A stretch of 64,000 bases of DNA, from the IMG/VR virus record IMGVR_UViG_3300046697_000072. One strand, written 5' to 3'. The notes under the pieces were generated by a model. That model saw nothing but the letters and a program-made list of their open reading frames with translations, was not told the DNA's origin and searched no databases. Made by a program: the position numbers and the translations under genes. Every line of letters begins with the position of its first letter. Positions within the stretch are counted from its first letter, which is position 1. Positions 33,605 through 42,530 of the stretch are shown piece after piece. The stretch comes from a virus.

Positions 33605-33910
33605 ATGGACAAAGAAATTCCTGACTTATCTCGCACAAAAGCCGCTCTCGAAGTGTACGACGCCTTTGACTCCGAGTTCGACGCGGAGGGGAGCCAAGAC
33701 GACGTTCTAGCTGAGTTTGCAGAGCTTGAGCGTTTTGGCAAGGCTGTAGGCAGGGCCTTTGGACTCGACACTGCCGACCGCAACAACGTGGACGACTGCG
33801 AAAGGTGCATCCGGCCAGGGAATAAGGTCCCTCCGGCAGGGATGCAACTGTCTTTTGTGCGCCGCATGGTGGAGCGATGGGAGGAACAGGAAGAACGCCA
33901 CAGCCGGTAA
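33605..33910 (+). CDS. hypothetical acidic protein, 101 aa
   Basis: SD GGAGG before the ATG. Confidence 0.5.
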   Translation: MDKEIPDLSRTKAALEVYDAFDSEFDAEGSQDDVLAEFAELERFGKAVGRAFGLDTADRNNVDDCERCIRPGNKVPPAGMQLSFVRRMVERWEEQEERHSR

Positions 33911-33967
33911 GGAAGCCTCTAGCCGCCACCCGGTGACAGCGGGCGGCGGATGGAGGAGGTCTTAACG

Positions 33968-34186
33968 ATGACGCCGTATATCGGATTTGGAAACGACACT
34001 TTGGCAAAACTGCCGAAGGTTAAATCTGGGGATTCTATCCGCTGCAAGTGTGGCCACGTCCACGCCCTGGAAGACAGCGAGCCACCGATGCTGCTGTGGT
34101 ATCACTGCGACGGAAAGACTTTCCTCGCTGGAATCAATGGATGCTTGACGGATGGCGTCAAAGCGGACGTTTCAGGAGAGATCTGA
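33968..34186 (+). CDS. hypothetical Cys/His protein, 72 aa
   Basis: SD GGAGGAGG before the ATG at 33968. Confidence 0.5.
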   Translation: MTPYIGFGNDTLAKLPKVKSGDSIRCKCGHVHALEDSEPPMLLWYHCDGKTFLAGINGCLTDGVKADVSGEI

Positions 34187-34192
34187 AAACTC

Positions 34193-34226
34193 TTGACATG
34201 GAACCGTTTTCGTGTCACTATATTCA
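34193..34226 (+). promoter_or_regulatory. promoter AAAACTCTTGACA ... ACTATATTCACAG
   Basis: -35 at 34193-34198. The -10 register is ambiguous (18-20 nt spacer). Confidence 0.4.
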
Positions 34227-34243
34227 CAGACCACAGGAGAAAT

Positions 34244-34507
34244 ATGACAATCTCAGCCGAACAAATCAGCAAGCTGGAGGAAGGACTTTCCAAGCCGAAC
34301 GTGGAATCTATGAAACACGATGTCCACGAGTGGCAGAATAGTCCTCCCTATAACTCTCTGGCTAATGTAGTCATTCTGTCATTCGTGACGGGAGATCTCC
34401 CCGTCATCCTTGCCGCTATCGGAGCGGCCCTGCACCACGGGTACACTCTGGGCTATGCCGCTGCCCAGTCCGAGAGCTTGGACCGCATGCTGGAGGATGG
34501 CCAATGA
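34244..34507 (+). CDS. hypothetical protein with a C-terminal TM segment
   Basis: CCACAGGAGAAAT then ATG. Confidence 0.5.
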   Translation: MTISAEQISKLEEGLSKPNVESMKHDVHEWQNSPPYNSLANVVILSFVTGDLPVILAAIGAALHHGYTLGYAAAQSESLDRMLEDGQ

Positions 34508-35979
34508 ACCTACTGGCGAGCTTCCGTGCCGCAAGGCGCGTCTCAACTCCCTTAATTTGCATCCGGACGGCTGACCCGGCTGCAACCATGCGGACAATCA
34601 GCACGTCCTTCAACGGAGACCCGCCTCCGATCCTACACTGGGACACCGTGGCGGGAATCCGGGGTGTCAATAAACCCGGCGTGGCCGCAGCCGGGGACCT
34701 GGGCAGCGATCCTGGTAGCATCATCGGCCCAGTGGATGCGCTCATTGCGGCGGCGAAGCTACCGCCGCGCTCCATGCTGTTCTTCGCCAATGCCCATCGG
34801 GTGATCGGTGAGAATGGCGTTTCCCAAGCCGTATGGAATCTCCGGGACTCATTCAAGCGGGACACCCGGACTCTGGTCATGCTCTGTCCAACGTTGAACC
34901 TTCCGGCTGAAATCAGCCAAGATGTCCTGATGCTGGATGAGCCACTCCCGACCAGTGAAGAACTGGAGGCCATTGTCCGCGACACGTTCAAGAGCGCGGA
35001 CCTCACGATGGCCGAAGATGGCTCAATCACGAAAGCCGTGGACGCCATCTGCGGGCTAGCCGCGTTCCCGGCTGAACAGTCCTGCGCCATGAGCATCACC
35101 AAAGACGGTATGGACTTGGATGCGCTATGGGACCGGAAGAGAAGCTCAATCGAGGAACAACGCGGCCTATCAGTCTGGAGAGGAGGAGAGAAGTTCTGTG
35201 ACATCGGGGGCTACTCCAATCTCAAGAAATTCCTGATGGCTGTCCTGAAAGGCAGAGTCCCCCCGCGTGGAATAGTTTTCCTGGATGAACTTGAGAAGGG
35301 CATCGGCACCGGGCAAGACACGTCCGGTGTCAGCCAGGGGCTACTCCAGCAGCTTCTCACCTACATGCAGGATAAGGAGTCGATTGGCCTGCTTCTAATC
35401 GGCGCGGCGGGGACTTCCAAGTCCATGTTCGCCAAGGCTACCGGCAATGAGGGCGGTGTCCCGACTATCGCTCTGGACCTCGGTGGGATGAAGGGTTCTC
35501 TGGTAGGTGAATCCGAAGCCTCTCTCCGTAATGCCCTGAAAGTCTGCGATGCTGTCACTCAGAAACGAGCCCTATTTTTGGGAACGTGTAATTCTATCGG
35601 AGCTTTACCCCCGGAGCTACGGCGTCGGTTCAATCTAGGCATTTTCTTTTTGGATCTCCCGAACTCTGCCGAGCGTAAGGCCATCTGGGACCTGTATCTC
35701 AAGAAGTATGATTTACCGAAACAGACACTCCCGACAGATGACGGCTGGACAGGTGCAGAGATCCGGCAGGCTTGCTGGATTTCTTGGAACCTCAACATTC
35801 CCCTAGTGGAAGCGGCGGAGTACATTGTCCCGGTATCCCGGTCTGCATCGGAGCAGATCTCCAAGCTCCGGGATAGCGCCGATGGACGGTACATCAGTGC
35901 ATCGTACCCCGGAGTGTTCCTTAAAGCTGGCCCCTCTTCGGCTCAGACCGGACGCAAGATGAATCTGGAGGTCAACTGA
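34504..35979 (+). CDS. AAA+ family ATPase (atypical motif order)
   Basis: P-loop-like GAAGTSKS, VGESEASLR, sensor-like GTCNS and PPELRRRF. The acidic FLDELEK box lies N-terminal to the P-loop. Confidence 0.7.
   Translation: MNLLASFRAARRVSTPLICIRTADPAATMRTISTSFNGDPPPILHWDTVAGIRGVNKPGVAAAGDLGSDPGSIIGPVDALIAAAKLPPRSMLFFANAHRVIGENGVSQAVWNLRDSFKRDTRTLVMLCPTLNLPAEISQDVLMLDEPLPTSEELEAIVRDTFKSADLTMAEDGSITKAVDAICGLAAFPAEQSCAMSITKDGMDLDALWDRKRSSIEEQRGLSVWRGGEKFCDIGGYSNLKKFLMAVLKGRVPPRGIVFLDELEKGIGTGQDTSGVSQGLLQQLLTYMQDKESIGLLLIGAAGTSKSMFAKATGNEGGVPTIALDLGGMKGSLVGESEASLRNALKVCDAVTQKRALFLGTCNSIGALPPELRRRFNLGIFFLDLPNSAERKAIWDLYLKKYDLPKQTLPTDDGWTGAEIRQACWISWNLNIPLVEAAEYIVPVSRSASEQISKLRDSADGRYISASYPGVFLKAGPSSAQTGRKMNLEVN
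34886..34899. repeat. palindrome copy GTCCAACGTTGAAC
   Basis: Inside the AAA+ CDS. Confidence 0.95.
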
Positions 35980-36221
35980 TGGAACAACAGCCGATAGACA
36001 ACAAAGCTGTTCTAAAAGACGGCTTCAACTTCACCCCGATCTATAAAAACGTGAGGGTACGTATGAAAATCAGCCGCGCCGATCACGCCAAACTGGGGAG
36101 GGGTCCGGGAATGTACGGGATTGTTACAGATCAACAGGACGGGAAGCGGTACAAAGTGTACGGACGGTCCTGCGGCCTTCCACGTTGCATGTGTGACGCC
36201 GAAATCAAAGATGTCGCCTAG
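35979..36221 (+). CDS. hypothetical protein, 80 aa
   Basis: TGATG coupling. Confidence 0.5.
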   Translation: MEQQPIDNKAVLKDGFNFTPIYKNVRVRMKISRADHAKLGRGPGMYGIVTDQQDGKRYKVYGRSCGLPRCMCDAEIKDVA

Positions 36222-36305
36222 AACCCCTACACCCTTCCGCACTTGAGAGAGTGCGGCGGGGCGGAGGCTCTAGCAACTGAGCTATCCCACAGGAGAATTT
36301 AGCCT

Positions 36306-36710
36306 ATGTCAATGTATCACGAGCAGAAAACGAACTTGAAGGACGAGAAGCACCTTGTTTCCGCCCTTCACGATCTGGGGTTCCTAGTGGAATGCCACGA
36401 GCAGCCCCAGACGCTAATGGACTGGCACGGCCACGCCCAGCCTCAGAAGGCCAACATCATCATCCGGCGACAGAACACCGGATGCGGCGCGTCCAACGAT
36501 GTCGGGTTCCTCAAGACCGAGGATGGCACGTACCAAGCGATAATCTCCGAGTACGATCAATCGGTGAAGTTCAACCAGACGTGGCTCGGCCAACTCCGGG
36601 CCGGATACGTCGAGCACTGGCAGATCGCCAGCCAACGCGCCAGGGGCCGGGTGTTCCTGGGGAAAGAGAAGGTCGGGGATCACGTCCGGCTTTCGTTTGG
36701 GGTGCGCTAG
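36306..36710 (+). CDS. DUF1257 (Ycf35-like) protein
   Basis: The pattern K(T)xLKDxxxLxxALxDLGF.VE...DVGF...DGTY... matches my recollection of DUF1257. Confidence 0.65.
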   Translation: MSMYHEQKTNLKDEKHLVSALHDLGFLVECHEQPQTLMDWHGHAQPQKANIIIRRQNTGCGASNDVGFLKTEDGTYQAIISEYDQSVKFNQTWLGQLRAGYVEHWQIASQRARGRVFLGKEKVGDHVRLSFGVR

Positions 36711-36896
36711 ATGCGTAAAATCATCATCGACATCGACCCGGCCGGGGACTTCACTTTCGACCTTCAGGGCTTTCATGGGAAAGCCTGCGCGAAGATTGCC
36801 AATGAGTTCCTGGAGTCCTCCACCACCAAGACCGAACGGCTGAAGCGCGAGTACCATGAGGCTACAGCCCAGCAGACGGAGGTTCAGAAAAGCTGA
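36711..36896 (+). CDS. DUF2997-like protein
   Basis: MRKIIIDIDPAGDFTFDLQGFHGKACAKI... matches my recollection of DUF2997. Confidence 0.6.
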   Translation: MRKIIIDIDPAGDFTFDLQGFHGKACAKIANEFLESSTTKTERLKREYHEATAQQTEVQKS

Positions 36897-37210
36897 TGGC
36901 ACCCCTCTGCGATCTGTGTTCCGAGCCGGACCCGGTATGGGTTCACCCGGCTCTCAGTTTCCCGGTGGAGATCGACGGGCTTGTCCTGTCCAACTCCATC
37001 GACGAATGGTATGCCTGCGAAACCTGCCACCGGCTGATTGAAGCCGGAGACCGGGATGCGCTCGCCATCCGTTCAGCAGACCGCTTCATGATGGATCACC
37101 CGGAGTTCATCTTGGATTACAAGTCCGTCGTGTCTCAACTCCGGCAGGTTCATGACCAGTTTTTCCAGTATCGCTACGGCGAATCGCACCGCGTGGAGGT
37201 GAACGTATGA
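36896..37210 (+). CDS. hypothetical CxxC protein, 104 aa
   Basis: TGATG coupling. Confidence 0.5.
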   Translation: MAPLCDLCSEPDPVWVHPALSFPVEIDGLVLSNSIDEWYACETCHRLIEAGDRDALAIRSADRFMMDHPEFILDYKSVVSQLRQVHDQFFQYRYGESHRVEVNV

Positions 37211-37404
37211 CTCTCTACAAGACAACCATCGTGATTTGGTCCGGCACGCCGCCTGAAGATATCGAGATTGACGAGCTTGCGCGAGAAGCGATGGTCGGCG
37301 GGGCATACTGCTCTAAGCAGAACTTTGTCAAGGTTGATGACCCGCAATCCGACCCAGATTGGGATGGGACGGAGTTCTTCGATATGCCTGGGGATGAGGA
37401 GTAG
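37207..37404 (+). CDS. hypothetical acidic protein, 65 aa
   Basis: ATGA coupling. Confidence 0.5.
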   Translation: MTLYKTTIVIWSGTPPEDIEIDELAREAMVGGAYCSKQNFVKVDDPQSDPDWDGTEFFDMPGDEE

Positions 37405-37406
37405 CT

Positions 37407-37952
37407 ATGCGCCTTCATGCAACGTTGCACGGAAGCCAGGCGAACGGTCCCGGCCTCCGGAGTGTGGTGTGGGTCCAGGGCTGCTCACTCGGCTGCAAGG
37501 GGTGTGTCAACCCGGAAACTTGGGACGCGGACGGCGGCTATGAAGTCCACCCGAACGTTATCGCCTGTCGCATAATTCGGAATGCCGCTCCGAACACTGA
37601 GGGACTTACCATATCAGGCGGTGAGCCACTCCAGCAGGGGATCGAACTGCTGTATATGATCCAAGAGATTAAGCGGCTTCGCCCGGCGTGGTCGGTTGGG
37701 CTTTTCTCGGGATACACCGAGTCGGAGTTGCGCAGAATCCCCCGATGGACCGCCATCCGTGCAACGTTGGACTTCGCGGTTTTGGGCCGGTATGACCGGA
37801 CCCAGGCGTGTAGCAAGCCACTGGTTTCAAGCGCAAACCAGGAGCTTGTGCTCTTGAGTTCCAGATATACGCTCAATGATTTTCCGGCTCAGTCCGAAGA
37901 GGTCTTCGTCGGGCCGGATGGATTATGTCAGATCACCGGGTTTGCCCGGTAA
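37407..37952 (+). CDS. NrdG-like radical SAM activating enzyme (anaerobic RNR activase family)
   Basis: NGPGLRSVVWVQGCSLGCKGCVNPETW (CX3CX2C), ISGGEPL and VLGRYD...SSANQ. The architecture resembles E. coli NrdG. Confidence 0.7.
   Translation: MRLHATLHGSQANGPGLRSVVWVQGCSLGCKGCVNPETWDADGGYEVHPNVIACRIIRNAAPNTEGLTISGGEPLQQGIELLYMIQEIKRLRPAWSVGLFSGYTESELRRIPRWTAIRATLDFAVLGRYDRTQACSKPLVSSANQELVLLSSRYTLNDFPAQSEEVFVGPDGLCQITGFAR
37417..37430. repeat. palindrome copy ATGCAACGTTGCAC
   Basis: Codons 4-8 of the NrdG-like CDS. Confidence 0.9.
37759..37772. repeat. palindrome copy GTGCAACGTTGGAC
   Basis: Inside the NrdG-like CDS. Confidence 0.95.
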
Positions 37953-37976
37953 ACAACAACACAGGAGAAACGAAGC

Positions 37977-38912
37977 ATGACGCCGACAGCAGCAACAAAC
38001 AACACCAACCAGTCGATGCTCGACAAAACAATTTGTATCAGCGTCTTCCTGGGAGGCTTAGGCAACAACCGCAAGGTCCGCAACTCCGAAGTGGGGATTG
38101 ACAGCGACGACATACACGTCTCTAAGACGTTACTTGAGTCGCCCGAGTACGAGGCCATCAAGCGGTTCGACCGGGCCACAATCAAGTGGCTCAACAACAA
38201 GTGCATCCCCAGCTTCTTCCGGGCCGGGATCTACTGCGTTCCTATCCCTTCGGTGCAAGAGGCCGAGGGCTTCATGAAGGAACGCTTCACGGGCCGGGCT
38301 GAACTGGTGGATAAGCTCCTGGAAGTCTACGACATTCAGAAAGCTCAGGCCGAAACCCGACTCGGGACCGTTCAAGTCGGCAGCGTTCAGGTGAATGTCT
38401 ACAACCCGCTTGAGTACCCGCCCAAGTCCGCAGTCCAGGCGGCGTATAAGTTCGAGTGGAACTGGATTAACCTCGGCACGCCCGGTAAGCTCAAAAGCAT
38501 ATCGATGTCGTTCTTCGAGCAAGAGCAGCAAAAGGCTGCTGCGAAGTGGGCAGAGGCCACAGATCAGGTCAAGGCCCTGATGCGGTCCCAGTTCAAAGAG
38601 TTGGTCGATCACCTCGTGGACAAGTTGACCCCGGATGAGAAGGGGGCTCGTAAGAAGTTCCACGCCACCACGGTCAACAAGGTCAAGGAGTTTCTGGATG
38701 CGTTCTCGGTCAAGAACGTCACCGACGACACCGAACTGGAGCAACTTGTCGGGGCTACGCGGAAGCTCATGGATGGGGTGGATGTCGATCAGATCAAGGA
38801 CTCGGACCACCTCCGTTCGAACATCCAGAAGGGCTTCGGGATCGTCAAGGACTGCCTGGATCAACTGGTGGTCGAGGGCGGCACCAGAAAGATTTCGTTT
38901 TTGGAAGAATGA
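37977..38912 (+). CDS. hypothetical protein, 311 aa
   Basis: CACAGGAGAAACGAAGC then ATG. Confidence 0.6.
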   Translation: MTPTAATNNTNQSMLDKTICISVFLGGLGNNRKVRNSEVGIDSDDIHVSKTLLESPEYEAIKRFDRATIKWLNNKCIPSFFRAGIYCVPIPSVQEAEGFMKERFTGRAELVDKLLEVYDIQKAQAETRLGTVQVGSVQVNVYNPLEYPPKSAVQAAYKFEWNWINLGTPGKLKSISMSFFEQEQQKAAAKWAEATDQVKALMRSQFKELVDHLVDKLTPDEKGARKKFHATTVNKVKEFLDAFSVKNVTDDTELEQLVGATRKLMDGVDVDQIKDSDHLRSNIQKGFGIVKDCLDQLVVEGGTRKISFLEE

Positions 38913-38924
38913 GGAGTGAACCCA

Positions 38925-39866
38925 ATGAAGCTACAGATCAAATCATTAGCTGGCTCGCTGCTATTTGAGTCCGAGTCGGAATCACTGAAAGAGCTTCTGG
39001 TGGGAGCAGTTGAATCCCGTGCGAACCTCTCCGGTGCGAACCTCTACGGTGCGAACCTCTCCGGTGCGGACCTCTACCGTGCGAACCTCTCCGGTGCGAA
39101 CCTCTACGGTGCGAACCTCTCCGGTGCGAACCTCTCCGGTGCGAACCTCTACGGTGCGGACCTCTCCGGTGCGAACCTCTCCGGTGCGAACCTCTCCGGT
39201 GCGAACCTCTCCGGTGCGGACCTCTCCGGTGCGAACCTCTACGGTGCGGACCTCTCCGGTGCGAACCTCTCCGGTGCGAACCTCTCCGGTGCGAACCTCT
39301 ACAGTGCGAACCTCTCCGGTGCGAACCTCTACGGTGCGGACCTCTCCGGTGCGAACCTCTCCGGTGCGAACCTCTCCGGTGCGAACCTCTACCGTGCGAA
39401 CCTCTCCGGTGCGAACCTCTACGGTGCGGACCTCTCCCGTGCGAACCTCTCCGGTGCGAACCTCTACGGTGCGGACCTCTCCCGTGCGAACCTCTCCGGT
39501 GCGGAGGGTATAAAGGATCTCGCTTCTCTGGAGTGGTTCATGAGAAACTTCAAGAAAACCAAACATGGAGTGATCGTGTATAAGTGTTTTCACGGCACTT
39601 TCGCTCCAAATCCATGCTGGAAAATCGAACCGGGGACCGTCCTCACCGAGATCTGTGGACCAATGCCGACCGATGACTGCGCCTGCGGCTTAAACTTCGC
39701 CACGTTGGAATGGGTCAGAGCGAATCACCCCGGGAAAATCATCTGGCGTTGCCTGATCCGCTGGGCGTGGCTCCCCGGAGTTGTGATCCCGTGGAATACG
39801 AACGGGAAGGCCCGGTGTTCGAAACTGATGCTCTTACGGCCACTGAAGGAGGGTGAAACAAAATAG
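38925..39866 (+). CDS. pentapeptide-repeat protein with a Cys-rich C-terminal domain
   Basis: About 32 consecutive units of A(N/D)L(S/Y)(G/R), then a 120-aa non-repeat domain. SD GAGGAG before the ATG at 38925. Confidence 0.85.
   Translation: MKLQIKSLAGSLLFESESESLKELLVGAVESRANLSGANLYGANLSGADLYRANLSGANLYGANLSGANLSGANLYGADLSGANLSGANLSGANLSGADLSGANLYGADLSGANLSGANLSGANLYSANLSGANLYGADLSGANLSGANLSGANLYRANLSGANLYGADLSRANLSGANLYGADLSRANLSGAEGIKDLASLEWFMRNFKKTKHGVIVYKCFHGTFAPNPCWKIEPGTVLTEICGPMPTDDCACGLNFATLEWVRANHPGKIIWRCLIRWAWLPGVVIPWNTNGKARCSKLMLLRPLKEGETK
39019..39503 (+). repeat. near-perfect 15-nt tandem array (about 32 units) GCGAACCTCTCCGGT and variants
   Basis: Units differ only at A/G (Asn/Asp), C/A (Ser/Tyr) and G/C (Gly/Arg) positions. 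All six frames are open. Confidence 0.95.
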
Positions 39867-39870
39867 TACG

Positions 39871-39889
39871 GGGCAGGCTCAGCCTGCCT
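39871..39889 (+). terminator. hairpin GGCAGGC-TCA-GCCTGCC after the pentapeptide gene
   Basis: 7-bp GC stem 5 nt past the stop, no U-tract. Confidence 0.35.
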
Positions 39890-39913
39890 CCCGCTCCAAT
39901 GGGTGCCTGCACA

Positions 39914-39927
39914 GTGCAACTTTGGAC
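39914..39927. repeat. degenerate palindrome copy GTGCAACTTTGGAC
   Basis: One core mismatch. Intergenic, 42 nt upstream of 39969. Confidence 0.6.
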
Positions 39928-39968
39928 TCGGAGGCTGTCTGAACAACAGCCCACAGGAGGAAGCGCCT

Positions 39969-40508
39969 ATGTTAAAACCAGACCTAAATCCGCACTGTCT
40001 GTTCCCGGAGATATGCGGGCCGAAGAACGGGTACCAATGCGAGAACTGGCTTCGCAACTTGGAGGGGTGTGCGGCTGTTCACACCCGAAAAGCAGCGCGG
40101 TCCATGGCCACCGACAAACGCAAGAGCGCCCTAAGAGCCGATGTGGACGCAAAGATGAAGGCGCACGGCTACGACGGCACCTTTAGGCTCGAATTGCTCT
40201 GGGAGATCATCGACTCCCTGGTGGATGAGTGCGCCACCTGGGAGTGGGCGGTCGGCAAGAAGGACAAGCAGATCTTGGACCTGGCGGATGAGTGCGCGGG
40301 TTCTACCACGATGGAATACCGCTGCCTCTGGGAAGAGAGACTTGCAGGGGAGTGGTATCCATTCAGCGGAAAGGTGCAAACTTCGGAACTGTGCCTAGCC
40401 GAAGCCGAAAGACGAGGGCAATCCCCTGAATACCGTATGGTACACATCGAGGCCCGGCGGAAATCTAACCGGGAGTGGATACCCCCGTGTGACGTGCAGG
40501 GGTCCTGA
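39969..40508 (+). CDS. hypothetical protein, 179 aa
   Basis: CACAGGAGGAAGCGCCT then ATG. Confidence 0.55.
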   Translation: MLKPDLNPHCLFPEICGPKNGYQCENWLRNLEGCAAVHTRKAARSMATDKRKSALRADVDAKMKAHGYDGTFRLELLWEIIDSLVDECATWEWAVGKKDKQILDLADECAGSTTMEYRCLWEERLAGEWYPFSGKVQTSELCLAEAERRGQSPEYRMVHIEARRKSNREWIPPCDVQGS

Positions 40509-40867
40509 TGTCTTTCCGCTTCACGCCCGAGCAGGTAAAGGAGATCTTCCAGAACAGCCGCGCGAAGAAGCCTCGTGCGCTGGTGATCCCGCCCGGAACC
40601 GAGCTTATGGTCCCGGACCTGGACTACATGCCGTGCCTGCCCAAGCGCCAGCCGTGGCAGCTATTCCCGACCCGACCACGGGAGTACAAGAAAGCCGTCG
40701 CCGTTCTGTCCAAGATGCAGCGATGCTCCCGCACAGGGAAGGCTTTCTCGGCTCTGTACGCCGAGCTTCCGACGTGGGCTCAGTGGCGGGAACGGTACAA
40801 CGTGATGGCTTGTGTTAGACCGGGGATGCGATTTCAGAAACGCGCTCCCCGCAGAAAAAAGTCTTGA
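40508..40867 (+). CDS. hypothetical basic protein, 119 aa
   Basis: TGATG coupling. Confidence 0.5.
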   Translation: MSFRFTPEQVKEIFQNSRAKKPRALVIPPGTELMVPDLDYMPCLPKRQPWQLFPTRPREYKKAVAVLSKMQRCSRTGKAFSALYAELPTWAQWRERYNVMACVRPGMRFQKRAPRRKKS

Positions 40868-40893
40868 CAACGACGCATTAAAAGAAGTATGAT
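40864..40893 (+). promoter_or_regulatory. promoter AAAAAAGTCTTGACA-18-TATGAT-ATCACAG
   Basis: -35 at 40864-40869 and -10 at 40888-40893. Confidence 0.55.
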
Positions 40894-40919
40894 ATCACAG
40901 AAAACACAGGAGATACCGA

Positions 40920-41102
40920 ATGCAGAACATCGACACCAATACCGCCCGCCTGTACTTCGATGACGGTACGGTGCGGACTTTTTCCGACCAATCCATAGCG
41001 TATTCCGTATGGCTTGGTCTTCGGCGCGGAATTCGTTGCGCCTTCCGGGGGGCCGGGGATATCCGCCCTGTCTATTCCTGGGATTACGTGGATAACTTAT
41101 GA
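40920..41102 (+). CDS. hypothetical protein, 60 aa
   Basis: ACACAGGAGATACCGA then ATG. Confidence 0.5.
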   Translation: MQNIDTNTARLYFDDGTVRTFSDQSIAYSVWLGLRRGIRCAFRGAGDIRPVYSWDYVDNL

Positions 41103-41407
41103 CCCACGAATACACGCCCGAGGAAGTGCGTGAGCGCTTCATTGAATCCGTGCGTAGCATCGTGGACTACTGGGAGCACGTCCCGAATCCGTATGGGACG
41201 AGAGAAAGCGGGGTAGCCTTCTCTATCTTGTCCATGTTGGATGGCTGCAATGGCGGACTCCCCGGCTTTGTAGTGGCACCGGCTCCGCACCCGGACGACA
41301 AGCAGTACTACATTGACCATGGAGAAAACTACTACCCCGAAGCCCCTGAAGTGAAATGTGATATCGCCGGGGGGCTGCATGAACATTTTGCCAAGGAGAA
41401 ACCATGA
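41099..41407 (+). CDS. hypothetical protein, 102 aa
   Basis: ATGA coupling. Confidence 0.5.
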   Translation: MTHEYTPEEVRERFIESVRSIVDYWEHVPNPYGTRESGVAFSILSMLDGCNGGLPGFVVAPAPHPDDKQYYIDHGENYYPEAPEVKCDIAGGLHEHFAKEKP

Positions 41408-41622
41408 CCCGCTTGCTGCTGGACTTCCTGAAATACCTGGGATGGTGCCAACACACGAAGTATTCTTTCCCCCGCACTGACCCGGCCACCGGCGTTATGA
41501 GCACGGTCTGTTTGGACTGCACGCATCGCTTCGAGTACGACTGGGAGCACATGCGCCGGGGTAAACCGGTGCCGGACCCCGCAACCCCGCGTCCAACGTT
41601 GCACAAGGAGGTGACACAGTGA
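41404..41622 (+). CDS. hypothetical Cys-rich protein, 72 aa
   Basis: ATGA coupling. Confidence 0.5.
   Translation: MTRLLLDFLKYLGWCQHTKYSFPRTDPATGVMSTVCLDCTHRFEYDWEHMRRGKPVPDPATPRPTLHKEVTQ
41591..41604. repeat. palindrome copy GTCCAACGTTGCAC
   Basis: 15 nt upstream of the start at 41619. Confidence 0.95.
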
Positions 41623-42209
41623 AGCTCATCAACCGAGCAAGATTGGTCTACCCCGATCAGCGGGTTCAACTACTCGGGCTTTTCCAGGTCGAAACCGCCG
41701 TGTTCCGTTGGGTCTGCCAAGACACCGACCGGCGCTTTGACGGCGTAGACTACGTGGACAAGCCCTCGGCGGTTGTCGGCCTGCGGGTGACCGTAGAGGG
41801 TGACCCGGCTTTCAAAGGGTGCGATCTAACGGTCAAAGAGATCGAGCCATCCCCGGAAGAACGGGCGGCACTATTGATGGCTCAAATGGCTGTGAGGGAA
41901 GTGGGACGGGCTGAAAACCTTGAGGATTTGTGCGATAGGATTGAAGCACTTCAACCCACGATTGCACTGATTATTCAGGAAGAGACCGGCCTGTCTGAAC
42001 TGTTGGAGCACGCCAACACGATTCTCGCCTACCTAATCACTCGTGGCGGCCATCGGGACTTATCCTTAGGTGGCCTGATGCTCAACCTTTTGGGGGCACT
42101 CGAAAAGACCTCTGGTGTCAAGTACGACGCCTTGCGGAAGGCTCTGACCGAGCCGCCCCCACAAATCATCCCCGCGCGCAACATGCCGGGGAACAAGTTG
42201 GTGCAGTAG
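41619..42209 (+). CDS. hypothetical protein, 196 aa
   Basis: GTGA coupling. Confidence 0.5.
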   Translation: MKLINRARLVYPDQRVQLLGLFQVETAVFRWVCQDTDRRFDGVDYVDKPSAVVGLRVTVEGDPAFKGCDLTVKEIEPSPEERAALLMAQMAVREVGRAENLEDLCDRIEALQPTIALIIQEETGLSELLEHANTILAYLITRGGHRDLSLGGLMLNLLGALEKTSGVKYDALRKALTEPPPQIIPARNMPGNKLVQ

Positions 42210-42288
42210 TTCATCTCCTGTGGCTCTGCACCCTCCGGGGGGAGTGGTGGCGTTGCCCGTCCGCTCTCCCCGGTATGAAAGGATTCTC

Positions 42289-42528
42289 ATGAAAGACGAT
42301 ACACGAAGGAAAATCTTTTGTAAGGCTCGCCAATTGGGGTTCTCTGTCAAGATGTCTGCCGCCGCCTTTGACCTTGCCGCCCGCGCCTTATGCCGAATGG
42401 CACAGAACGGGGATAGCGACATCCGGAAAGCGCTGGAACAGGAAGCCCCAGATATCGACGCGGCCACGGACTACGCGGCAGAAGTTTTGTGCCGTGCAAC
42501 GTTGGATTGCTCTGAGGAGGTGAAATAG
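42289..42528 (+). CDS. hypothetical protein, 79 aa
   Basis: Internal ATG follows AAAGGA. Confidence 0.45.
   Translation: MKDDTRRKIFCKARQLGFSVKMSAAAFDLAARALCRMAQNGDSDIRKALEQEAPDIDAATDYAAEVLCRATLDCSEEVK
42494..42507. repeat. palindrome copy GTGCAACGTTGGAT
   Basis: 3' end of CDS 42289-42528. Confidence 0.95.
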
Positions 42529-42530
42529 TC

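Noticed and set aside
39019-39503. Considered whether this is a CRISPR array.
   Set aside because: The units are directly abutting 15-mers with no spacers, inside a coding frame. There are no cas genes.
38982-39593. Long ORFs in the other frames and strand of the pentapeptide array (EVRTG.. and VRTSP.. repeats).
   Set aside because: The 15-nt periodicity keeps every frame open. Only the frame with an SD, unique N- and C-terminal domains and a canonical A(N/D)LxG repeat is credible.
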